DNA from: Bifidobacterium breve
GTDB taxonomy: Bacteria; Acidobacteriota; Vicinamibacteria; Vicinamibacterales; CAVVIG01
Direction: 5' to 3'
NCBI GenBank assembly: GCA_943328785.2
Contig: CALQBJ020000003.1
Location: 1 to 43,994 of the forward strand
Length of the DNA: 43,994 nt
The notes beneath the pieces were generated by a model. That model worked only from the letters and a program-made list of their open reading frames with translations. It ran no database searches and was not told the origin of the DNA. Made by a program: the position numbers and the translations under genes. Each line of letters starts with the position of its first letter. Positions within the stretch are counted from its first letter, which is position 1. Shown here in pieces: positions 9,780 through 18,148 of this stretch.

Positions 9780-10283
9780 ATGCCGATTGTGTTCAAGGGG
9801 CGCGTATTCGCGGTTGAAGTCGAGCGGCGGCGGTTCCCGAATGGGCAGGAGCATGAGGTGGCCATCGTGCGCCACAACCCGTCGGTCGTGCTCATCCCGA
9901 TCCAGGACGATGGCCGCGTCATCCTGATTCGTCAGTACAGGGCGAGCATCGACCGCGTGATCTGGGAGATCCCGGCTGGACGCGTGGATGACGGCGAAGA
10001 ACCTGACGCCGCGGCCGCACGCGAGTGCGAAGAGGAGATCGGCCTCGCCCCAGGAACGATCGAGCGCATCCGCGGGCTCTACCCCACCCCTGGGTTCTGC
10101 GATGAAGAACTGATTTTCTACCGGGTGTCGAACCTGCGTCCGCCACCGCCAGACTCGTCGCACAAACCGGACGAGGACGAAGACATCGAGTCGATGGCCG
10201 TCACGCTCGATGAAGCACGCGCCATGGTCGATCGGGGAGAGATCATCGACCTCAAGACGGCCTACGGCCTGCTGCTGGTCTAA
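9780..10283 (+). CDS. NUDIX hydrolase (ADP-ribose pyrophosphatase-like)
   Basis: QYR...WEIPAG, Nudix box GRVDDGEEPDAAAARECEEEIG, TPGF, DEDEDI. Confidence 0.9.
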   Translation: MPIVFKGRVFAVEVERRRFPNGQEHEVAIVRHNPSVVLIPIQDDGRVILIRQYRASIDRVIWEIPAGRVDDGEEPDAAAARECEEEIGLAPGTIERIRGLYPTPGFCDEELIFYRVSNLRPPPPDSSHKPDEDEDIESMAVTLDEARAMVDRGEIIDLKTAYGLLLV

Positions 10284-10364
10284 CGGGACGACGCGACAAC
10301 CGAAGGCGTCTGGGCCAGGCGGCGATTGTCCCCCGTGCCAGACACCTCCGAACGGCCGCCACAA

Positions 10365-12815
10365 CTAGGCGGATGGCCTGACGGGCCCGCTCGAACGGGT
10401 AACTCTTCGCGTCGGCCGCACCGCGTCCGTGGAGACCGGTTGCAGCGCCAGCGCCAGCACTTCGTCGATGGTCGAGACCAGGTGCACGACGAGGTTCTTC
10501 CGGAGTTCCGGCGTGAGGTCCTCGTTGATGTTCTTCTCGTTCTGCCGCGGCAGGATCACTTCGTTGATGCCCACCCGCCGTGCGGCGAGCACCTTCTCCT
10601 TGATTCCGCCGACCGGCAGCACGCGCCCTGACAGCGTGATCTCACCGGTCATGGCCACGTCGCCGCGCACCGGCCTGCCCGTCAACTCCGACGCCATCGC
10701 GGCCACCATCGTGACGCCGGCCGACGGACCATCCTTCGGGATGGCTCCGGCCGGCACGTGCACGTGGAGTTCCGCGACCTTGAAGAAGTCCGGATCGATC
10801 CCGTGCTCGCGGGCGTGCGTACGAAGCCATGACAATGCGGCGCGAGCCGACTCCTTCATGACGTCGCCGAGTTGCCCAGTGAGGGTGAGCGTGCCGCTGC
10901 CCGCCATGCGCGACGCTTCGATGAAGAGCACTTCGCCGCCGACTGGTGTCCAGGCGAGTCCGATGGCCACGCCAGGTTCCTTCGTCCGCTGCTCCATCTC
11001 CTCGTCCAGGAATTTCGGCGCACCGAGCATCTCGACCACCACGACCGGATTGACCTCGATCGGATCTTCGTTGCCTTCCGCACGACGACGTGCCGCCTTG
11101 CGGCACAACGCGCCGATTTCGCGCTCGAGGTTGCGCACACCGGCTTCCCGCGTGTAGCCACGGATCACCTGCCGAAGTGCGTCAGCGGTGAACTGGATGC
11201 CCTCGGGGGTCAACCCATGGTTCTTCACCTGCTTCGAGACGAGGTGGTCCTGGGCGATTTCGAGCTTCTCTTCCTCGGTATAACCGGCAATCTCCAGCAC
11301 TTCCATCCGGTCTCGAAGGGCCGGCGGAACCGGGTCGAGCACGTTCGCGGTCGTGATGAACAGCACTTCCGACAGATCGAACGGCACGTCGAGGTAGTGG
11401 TCGCGGAAGGTGCTGTTCTGTTCAGGGTCGAGCACCTCAAGCAGCGCCGATGAGGGGTCGCCGCGGAAGTCGGACCCGAGCTTGTCGATCTCATCGAGGA
11501 TGAAGACCGGGTTCTTCGACTCGGCGCGACGAAGGCCCTGAATGACCTGGCCTGGCAAGGCGCCAATATAGGTGCGGCGGTGGCCGCGAATTTCGGCCTC
11601 GTCACGCATGCCGCCGAGCGACACCCGCACGAACTTGCGTCCCAGCGATTCCGCAATCGAACGGGCGAGCGAGGTCTTGCCGACACCGGGAGGGCCGACG
11701 AAACAGAGGATCGGTCCCTTGACCGCCGGGTTCAGCTTTCGGACCGCCAGGTATTCGAGGATTCGATCCTTCGCCTTCTCGAGGCCCGAGTGATCGGCGT
11801 CGAGCACCGACTTCGTCTTCGGGAGGTCGATGACCTCCTCGGTGCGCTTGGCCCACGGCAACGCCACGAGCCAATCCACATAGGTGCGCGACACCGTGTA
11901 CTCGGCGGCCGCCGGAGGCATCTTCGCAAGGCGATCGAGTTCGCGCAGAGCCTCCTTCTTCACAGGCTCCGGCATTCCCGCCGCTTCAATCTTCTCGGCC
12001 AGTTCTTCGACTTCCTTCGTCTGGTCGTCGCCTTCGCCGAGTTCCTTCTGGATGGCCTTCATCTGCTCGCGCAGGAAGTATTCGCGCTGGTTCTTGCCGA
12101 CCTCGGACTGCACCTGCGACTGAATCTTCGACCCGAGCTCGAGCACCTCGAGTTCCTTGATCAGGATTCGATTGAGGTTGTCCATCCGGGTGCGGATGTC
12201 GAGCGTCTCGAGGACCTCCTGCTTCACCGGCGTGCTGATGGTGGTGAGGCTCGAGGCAATGAAGTCGGCGAGCCGGCCGGGCTCGGTGATGTTCGTGGCG
12301 AGCGTCTGCAGGTCGTCCGAGAGCAGTGGCGACAGCGACACAACCTGCTGGAAGTTCGCCTTGATGTTCCTGGCAAGCGCATCGATTTCGAGGCGGTCGG
12401 CGTCGTTGGTGTCCTCGCTGGCGGCGCTGACGCGCGCCCGCAGGTAGGGATGGGTCGACACCACTTCATCGAGCGTCAGCCGCGCAAGCCCCTGCACGAT
12501 GAGGCGCAGACTGCCGTCCGGCAGCTTGAACATCTTGTGGATGTGCGTCGCGGTGCCGACCTCGAACAGGTCATCCTGGCCTGGTTCCTCGAGCGCAGCA
12601 TCGCGCTGCGTGAAGACCGCGATCTGCTTCCCGTTGGCGATGGCATCGTCGATGAGGCGCACGGAGCTTTCGCGCGCCACGGCGAGCGGCATGAACGAGT
12701 TTGGGAAGAGTACTGTGTCCCGCAACGGCAGGACCGGAAGTTCCGGCGGAACCGCAAGCGGCCGATCGGCAATCGAGAGGTCCTCAGGCTTGAGATCTTC
12801 GACCTGATCGCTCAT
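10365..12815 (-). CDS. lon: ATP-dependent protease La (Lon)
   Basis: LPVLPLRD N-domain, Walker A GPPGVGKTS, DEIDK, catalytic PKDGPSAG and GGIKEK; AAGGAG RBS. Confidence 0.97.
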   Translation of the reverse strand: MSDQVEDLKPEDLSIADRPLAVPPELPVLPLRDTVLFPNSFMPLAVARESSVRLIDDAIANGKQIAVFTQRDAALEEPGQDDLFEVGTATHIHKMFKLPDGSLRLIVQGLARLTLDEVVSTHPYLRARVSAASEDTNDADRLEIDALARNIKANFQQVVSLSPLLSDDLQTLATNITEPGRLADFIASSLTTISTPVKQEVLETLDIRTRMDNLNRILIKELEVLELGSKIQSQVQSEVGKNQREYFLREQMKAIQKELGEGDDQTKEVEELAEKIEAAGMPEPVKKEALRELDRLAKMPPAAAEYTVSRTYVDWLVALPWAKRTEEVIDLPKTKSVLDADHSGLEKAKDRILEYLAVRKLNPAVKGPILCFVGPPGVGKTSLARSIAESLGRKFVRVSLGGMRDEAEIRGHRRTYIGALPGQVIQGLRRAESKNPVFILDEIDKLGSDFRGDPSSALLEVLDPEQNSTFRDHYLDVPFDLSEVLFITTANVLDPVPPALRDRMEVLEIAGYTEEEKLEIAQDHLVSKQVKNHGLTPEGIQFTADALRQVIRGYTREAGVRNLEREIGALCRKAARRRAEGNEDPIEVNPVVVVEMLGAPKFLDEEMEQRTKEPGVAIGLAWTPVGGEVLFIEASRMAGSGTLTLTGQLGDVMKESARAALSWLRTHAREHGIDPDFFKVAELHVHVPAGAIPKDGPSAGVTMVAAMASELTGRPVRGDVAMTGEITLSGRVLPVGGIKEKVLAARRVGINEVILPRQNEKNINEDLTPELRKNLVVHLVSTIDEVLALALQPVSTDAVRPTRRVTRSSGPVRPSA

Positions 12816-12949
12816 GGCGAAACTCCTTCAAAGGTGGACCGGGAACGGCACCAAGGCGTGGACCTGGAAACCGCGGTCAGGAAGCCAGACCCGGGTCCGA
12901 CGATTGTATGACGGTCTTGAGGGAGCGGACGATGCCGGTGGGAGAGATT

Positions 12950-12975
12950 GAGGCTCCGCCACCAGCGGAGCCCTC
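12950..12975 (-). terminator. Stem-loop downstream of the dksA-like gene (weak terminator or stabiliser)
   Basis: GAGGCTCCGC-CACCA-GCGGAGCCCTC inverted repeat; no strong U tract. Confidence 0.4.
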
Positions 12976-12988
12976 AGGGTCGCCGATA

Positions 12989-13426
12989 TTACATGTCGAA
13001 GAAGAGCGAGGACGCGCCGCGACGAGCCGCCATCTGACGTTCGCGCTGCTCGGCCACTTCGCGCGCTTCTTCGCAATCCTTGCAACGCACCGCGAACGGA
13101 AGGGCACGGAGGCGCTTCTCCGCGATTTCCTCGCCGCACTCGAAGCAGTTGCCGTAGTTCTCCTGCTCGAGACGGATGAGGGCGTCGTTGATCTGGTTCA
13201 GCGTCTCCGACTTCATCTGGATCAACGCGAACTCGATGTCGTCCTGAATGTCCGATTCGGAGCTTTCAACCGCATCGAATACGTCGGTGCCTTCAGCCCG
13301 AACGTTCCGCATCTTGCCCTGAACTTCAGCCTGGATTCCCTGGCGGCGCTCTTCGAGCATCCACTTCAATTCGGAATAGCGGGACTTCGGCGTTGCCTCG
13401 GTCACCGCATTCGTAGTGTTCTTCAT
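12989..13426 (-). CDS. DksA/TraR-family C4 zinc-finger transcription factor
   Basis: Coiled-coil N-half, YGNCFECGEEIAEKRLRALPFAVRCKDCEE; AAGGAG RBS. Confidence 0.9.
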   Translation of the reverse strand: MKNTTNAVTEATPKSRYSELKWMLEERRQGIQAEVQGKMRNVRAEGTDVFDAVESSESDIQDDIEFALIQMKSETLNQINDALIRLEQENYGNCFECGEEIAEKRLRALPFAVRCKDCEEAREVAEQRERQMAARRGASSLFFDM

Positions 13427-13488
13427 AAAGTCGCTCCTTCACTCCCCAGTTGTTCAGGGGACCGCCCGATTATGATTGCTGCACGTGC

Positions 13489-13505
13489 TGCAAATTGACT
13501 GCCAA
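13489..13505 (-). promoter_or_regulatory. Sigma-54 (-24/-12) promoter of the dksA-like gene
   Basis: - strand TTGGCAGTCAATTTGCA: GG-N10-GC with TGGCA and TTGCA blocks, about 60 nt upstream of the ATG. Confidence 0.65.
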
Positions 13506-13967
13506 GTATAAACTTCCCGCCGTAACTCTTCAACGCCAGATTAGGTCATGAACTTGCGCTTGAAATACCCGAACTACCTGACGACTCAGCGACCAAGCTC
13601 TTCATGAGACGCCAAGAGGATCGAGTAGACAAATGCATGAATTAAAAAGACTTAAGCAATACACTCCGAATGGAGTTGGCCGCCCGTTCAAATTGTATTG
13701 CCCAATTAGACGAGGAGGCCGTCGAAAGAGTTCTGCGTCTGACGAAAATGATCTGCCCGCTGCCGGTGACGACAGGGCCGTAGGTTTCTGCCGGCGCGTC
13801 CCCACACATAGACGGCCTGGCGTCACTACTGAGCAGACGTCCAGCCGAGGGGCCAGGGTAGTCCGTAGCGCTCGCCCCTAACTCTTTATCGGACGATCTC
13901 ATTCGACGCCCGAACCATTCGAGCCGGTAACACACGGACGATTCACGCATCACACCGGTCGTTGCCC

Positions 13968-13996
13968 TTGCCAGTACGGGGGCCGGTGACTATACT
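13968..13996 (+). promoter_or_regulatory. Sigma-70-type promoter of rpmB
   Basis: TTGCCA-N17-TATACT, 32 nt upstream of the ATG. Confidence 0.7.
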
Positions 13997-14028
13997 TAGG
14001 GTTTTGCCGCGGAAGGAACGAGAGGATC

Positions 14029-14220
14029 ATGGCGAAGCAGTGTGAGATTTGCGGGAAGAAGCCGGTTGTCGGCCGGCAGGTCAGCCACGCGCACAACGTC
14101 AGCGCGCGTCGGTTCGAGCCCAACCTCCAGGCGGTTCGCGCCTTGATTAACGGCGGGGTGCAGCGGATTCGCGTATGCACGCGGTGCCTGCGCTCGAACA
14201 AGGTCGTCAAGGCGGCGTAG
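14029..14220 (+). CDS. rpmB: 50S ribosomal protein L28 (zinc-binding form)
   Basis: [10 protein letters not shown]...VSHAHN...RRFEPNLQ...VCTRCLRS; GAGGA RBS. Confidence 0.95.
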   Translation: MAKQCEICGKKPVVGRQVSHAHNVSARRFEPNLQAVRALINGGVQRIRVCTRCLRSNKVVKAA

Positions 14221-14223
14221 CCC

Positions 14224-14610
14224 GTGCCCAAGCACGCGATTGCCAGTCCGAAAGCGCCGAAGGCCATCGGGCCGTACTCGGCGGCATTGCGTGCAGGTCA
14301 GCTGCTGTTCGTCTCGGGCCAGGTCCCCCTGGACCCTGACACCGGCATGATGATCGATGGCGACATCGGCACCCAGACCCGACAGGTGCTCCAGAACATC
14401 GGAGCACTGCTCGAGGCCGCAGGTCTATCGCTGCAGCATGTCGTTCGCACAACCGTGTTTCTCGCGGACATGAACGAGTTCACGGACATGAACGAGGCGT
14501 ATCGCACCGCGTTCGTCGAGCCGTACCCGGCCCGCTCGACCATCCAGGCGGCCCGACTACCCAGAGACGCGCGGGTCGAGATCGACGTCATCGCCAGCTA
14601 CGACGCCTAG
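14224..14610 (+). CDS. RidA/YjgF family enamine/imine deaminase
   Basis: APKAIGPYS, FVSGQVP, PARS, LPRDARVEID. Confidence 0.92.
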   Translation: MPKHAIASPKAPKAIGPYSAALRAGQLLFVSGQVPLDPDTGMMIDGDIGTQTRQVLQNIGALLEAAGLSLQHVVRTTVFLADMNEFTDMNEAYRTAFVEPYPARSTIQAARLPRDARVEIDVIASYDA

Positions 14611-14636
14611 CCTCGCCTCGCCCAGCCGCAACGGAT

Positions 14637-16817
14637 TCAGTTCGGCTGGGTTCGCCCCGTCCGCTCCACGTCAATCACTCCATTCACCGACTTCAGCGCC
14701 TTCATGACCTTCTCGAGGTGATGGAGATCACTGATCTCGACCGTCACATCAATCCGCGCTCGCTGATCGTTGCCGCTGGTCCGCGCCTCCATGTTGCGGA
14801 TGTTCGTGTTGATGTCTGAAATCTTGGCGCTGACTGCCGCGAGCACGCCCTTCCGGTCTTCGACCTCCATCGTCAGCTTCACCGTATAGGCGGCGACTGC
14901 CTCCCCACCTGGCGCCTTCTCCCATTCGACTTCGATCCGCCGCTCAGGATCGTAGAGGAGGTTGACGACGTTCGGGCAGGTTGCGGAGTGAACCGACACG
15001 CCCTTGCCGCGCGTGATGTAGCCGATGATCTTCTCGCCGCGAATCGGGTTGCAGCAGCGTGCGCGAAACACGAGCACGTCGTCCGAACCGCGTACCGTGA
15101 TCTTCTCTTCGCTCGCACCAAAGGCCCGCTTCACGGCAGCGGTCACCGCGCCGTCCGGAGTCTTCTCGCGCAGGCGCTCCGACTGCACGAGCTTGCCCAG
15201 CAACTGCTTGGCTGACAGCGTCCCGTATCCGATGAGCGCCATCAGGTCGTCGGCAGACCTCACCCCCGAGTCGGAGAGCGCTTTGGCGAAGGCGTCGCCC
15301 TCGAAGAGGCCTTTGTGCGACACGTCGTACTTGCGCAGTTCCTTGTCGAAGACACGGCGCCCGAGTTCGACCGCCCGCGTGCGCTCTTCGAGACGAATGA
15401 GGTGCTTGATTTTGTAGCGCGCGTGAGAGGTGGCGGCAAAATTGAGCCAGTCGCGGCTCGGCTGGTGACCGCTCTGGGTGATGATCTCGACGATGTCGCC
15501 GTTCTTCAGGTGAGCACGAAGCGGCACCATCTTGCCGTTGACCCGCGCGCCGACGCACTGGTGCCCGACGTCGGTGTGAATCGAGTAGGCGAAGTCGATC
15601 GGCGTCGCCCCTCGAGGGAACGCCTTCACCTGGCCCTTCGGCGTGAAAGCGTAGACCTCTTCGGGGTAGAGCTCGACCTTGAGGTTCTGGATGAACTCCT
15701 GCGGGTCGCGCACGTCCTGCTGAAATTCGAGCAACTGCCGCATCCACTGGAAGTAGCGCTCGTCCGTCTGGTCGCCCGTTCGGCCTTCCTTGTATTTCCA
15801 GTGGGCCGCCACGCCCTCCTCGGCCATCCGGTGCATTTCAAGGGTGCGAATCTGCACCTCGAACGGCATCCCTTTGTGGCTGATCACCGACGTGTGCAGC
15901 GACTGGTAGCCGTTTGGCCGCGGCATCGCGATGAAGTCCTTGATCCGGCCGGGCACGGGCGACCACGTCTGGTGGATGATGCCCAGGGCGGCGTAGCAGT
16001 CCTTCACGCTGGTGGTGATGATGCGGAGGGCAATGAAGTCGTAGACCTGGTCGAGCTCGATGCGCTGCTTCTTGAGCTTCTGCGCGATGCTCCACAGGCG
16101 CTTGATGCGGCCGTCGATCACAATGACGGGCACCGACGCTTCGCTGAGCTTGGTTTCAATCGTGCTCTTTAGCTGCTCGATTAGCCCCTCGGTGGCCCGG
16201 CGCCTGGCATCCACCTTGGACCGCAGCGACTCGTAGAGCTGCGGCTCGAGGTAGCGGAAGGAGAGCTCCTCGAGTTCGTTCTTGATCTTGCTCATGCCAA
16301 GCCGGTTGGCGATGGGCGCGTAGATGTCACGGGTCTCCTGGGCAATCGCGATCCGCTTCTCCTCGGACAGGTGGTTCAGCGTGCGCATGTTGTGGAGACG
16401 GTCTGCCAGCTTGACGAGGATGACGCGGATGTCATCGACCATCGCCAGCAGCATCTTGCGGAATGTCTCGGCCTGGCGCTCCTCGGTGGAGGAGAATCGA
16501 ACCGCACCGATCTTCGTGACCCCCTCGACAACGTGGGCCACCTCTGGACCGAAGAGCTCGTGGATGCGCTCGATCGTCGTGAGGGTATCTTCAACCACGT
16601 CGTGCAGGAGGCCGGCCGACACCGCCACGACGTCCAGCTTCATGTCGGCGAGGAAGTCCGCAACTGCAAGCGGATGGATGAGATAGGGCTCGCCAGAGTG
16701 GCGGACCTGTCCCCGGTGCTCGAACGCCGAGAACACATAGGCCCGGCGCAGCAGCTCGACATCGGCGGCCGGACTGTAGGCCCGGACCTTTTCTACGAGA
16801 TCCTCGAAGCGAATCAT
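14637..16817 (-). CDS. rel: Bifunctional (p)ppGpp synthetase/hydrolase Rel (RelA/SpoT)
   Basis: SGEPY, intact HD motif LHDVVED, KLADRLHNMRTL, RIKD (RxKD), NGYQSLHT, TGS, CC zinc-finger and ACT domains. Confidence 0.96.
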   Translation of the reverse strand: MIRFEDLVEKVRAYSPAADVELLRRAYVFSAFEHRGQVRHSGEPYLIHPLAVADFLADMKLDVVAVSAGLLHDVVEDTLTTIERIHELFGPEVAHVVEGVTKIGAVRFSSTEERQAETFRKMLLAMVDDIRVILVKLADRLHNMRTLNHLSEEKRIAIAQETRDIYAPIANRLGMSKIKNELEELSFRYLEPQLYESLRSKVDARRRATEGLIEQLKSTIETKLSEASVPVIVIDGRIKRLWSIAQKLKKQRIELDQVYDFIALRIITTSVKDCYAALGIIHQTWSPVPGRIKDFIAMPRPNGYQSLHTSVISHKGMPFEVQIRTLEMHRMAEEGVAAHWKYKEGRTGDQTDERYFQWMRQLLEFQQDVRDPQEFIQNLKVELYPEEVYAFTPKGQVKAFPRGATPIDFAYSIHTDVGHQCVGARVNGKMVPLRAHLKNGDIVEIITQSGHQPSRDWLNFAATSHARYKIKHLIRLEERTRAVELGRRVFDKELRKYDVSHKGLFEGDAFAKALSDSGVRSADDLMALIGYGTLSAKQLLGKLVQSERLREKTPDGAVTAAVKRAFGASEEKITVRGSDDVLVFRARCCNPIRGEKIIGYITRGKGVSVHSATCPNVVNLLYDPERRIEVEWEKAPGGEAVAAYTVKLTMEVEDRKGVLAAVSAKISDINTNIRNMEARTSGNDQRARIDVTVEISDLHHLEKVMKALKSVNGVIDVERTGRTQPN

Positions 16818-16841
16818 GAAATGCGGTGTCTAAGCATCATA

Positions 16842-16871
16842 TTGACTTAGGAAATTTTGCTTCACTATACT
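16842..16871 (+). promoter_or_regulatory. Sigma-70-type promoter of the TPR gene
   Basis: TTGACT-N18-TATACT. Confidence 0.55.
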
Positions 16872-16953
16872 GACCCGGTTTCGGCCACGGCAATTCTCCT
16901 CGCCCAGCGGGAATAAGGTCACAATGTTGGTTTTCGGCCATAAAGGGGGCTCA

Positions 16954-17910
16954 ATGAAGGCTTTTTCGGGTGCGTCGCTCGCTTCGGCGGCGGTGCTGGC
17001 CCTATCGATTTCGGTAGGCTGCGCGCAAGTCGGTCAGGTGACGGCGAAGAGAAGTTTCAAGGCCGCTAACGCCGCGTATCAGGCTCAGGATTACAAGAAG
17101 GCAGTTGCCCTGTACGAAGAAACGCTCAAGGAAGATCCTAACCTTGCCATGGCGTATTTCTTCCTCGGCAACAGCCTGGACAACCTCTATCGCCCCAGCA
17201 AGAAGGGCGAACCGGAAAATGAGGCGCTGCTGACCCGCGCCGTCGAGAATTACACGCTCTGCGCCGAGAAGCTTAGCAATTCGGCGATTGAGGACGAGAG
17301 AAAGCTCGGAAAACTCTCGCTCGAGTACCTGGTCGCCGCCTACGGCGCCGACAAGCTAGCCGACCCGGCCAAGGCCGAACCGGTGCTCATCAAGATGATT
17401 GAGATGGAGCCCGCCGAGCCGTCCAACTACGCAGTGCTCGGCAAGATCTACGAAGACGCCGCCCTCTACGACGACGCCGAGAAGGTACTGCTGATGTCCA
17501 AGGCCGCGAAGCCGAAGGACTCGTCGGTCTACCTGCAGCTCGCCGGCTTCTACAACCGCCAGGGGCGCTTCGACAAGACGATCGAATCGCTGAACCAGCG
17601 CGCCGAGATCGAGCCGAACAACCCGGAAGCGTTCCAGACCATCGCTGGCTACTACTGGGACGAGACCCGCGGCGATTCCTCGCTGACCGCAGACCAGAAG
17701 AAGGAATACATTACCAAGGGTCTTGAAGCGGTCGACAAGGCGATCTCGCTCAAGTCGGACTACGTCGAAGCCATCACCTTCCGTGGCCTGCTGCTCCGCC
17801 TGCAGGCAAACGGCGAGAAGGATCCGTCCAAGCAGCAGGCACTTATCAAGGAAGCGACCTCGCTTGGCGAAAAGGCCAACGAACTTCGTAAGAAGGCCGC
17901 CGGCAACTAG
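16954..17910 (+). CDS. Tetratricopeptide-repeat protein, probable lipoprotein
   Basis: Signal-like MKAFSGASLASAAVLALSISVGC with lipobox SVGC; several TPR-like helical pairs; AAGGGGG RBS before ATG 16954. Confidence 0.85.
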   Translation: MKAFSGASLASAAVLALSISVGCAQVGQVTAKRSFKAANAAYQAQDYKKAVALYEETLKEDPNLAMAYFFLGNSLDNLYRPSKKGEPENEALLTRAVENYTLCAEKLSNSAIEDERKLGKLSLEYLVAAYGADKLADPAKAEPVLIKMIEMEPAEPSNYAVLGKIYEDAALYDDAEKVLLMSKAAKPKDSSVYLQLAGFYNRQGRFDKTIESLNQRAEIEPNNPEAFQTIAGYYWDETRGDSSLTADQKKEYITKGLEAVDKAISLKSDYVEAITFRGLLLRLQANGEKDPSKQQALIKEATSLGEKANELRKKAAGN

Positions 17911-17931
17911 CATTCGACTCTGCTTCGTCGA

Positions 17932-17970
17932 GGGCCGCCAGACCTCAGGGTCTCGGCGGCCCTTTTTTTT
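17932..17970 (+). terminator. Rho-independent terminator
   Basis: GGGCCGCC-AGACC-TCAG-GGTCT-C-GGCGGCCC followed by T8. Confidence 0.9.
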
Positions 17971-18148
17971 GTTCGCCTGCCGCGCCTGAACCTGCGGTTC
18001 CGTATCGTTGGATCCCGCCAGCGTTCCGTCTCGCCAGCTTGAGTTTTTCACGGAGTTTACAGGCCTCTTCGCTAGAATGAGGGGTATTCCACCGCAGAAT
18101 TCGTGCGATGCAACCTCTCGTATTTCCTCTCTCTAGCAGGAGCATGCA

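Noticed and set aside
12816-12908. lon leader as an RNA thermometer
   Set aside because: There is a -10 (TACAAT, 12903-08) and a GGACCCGGG/CCCGGTCC pairing, but the AAGGAG RBS lies outside the stem and no ROSE, fourU or CIRCE motif is visible
13724-13745. GAAA ... CTGACGA as a hammerhead ribozyme core
   Set aside because: The flanking stems I-III cannot be formed
13642-13953. 103-aa - strand ORF and other short ORFs in the dksA-rpmB gap
   Set aside because: No convincing RBS, atypical composition and no recognisable domain; cannot be fully excluded without a search
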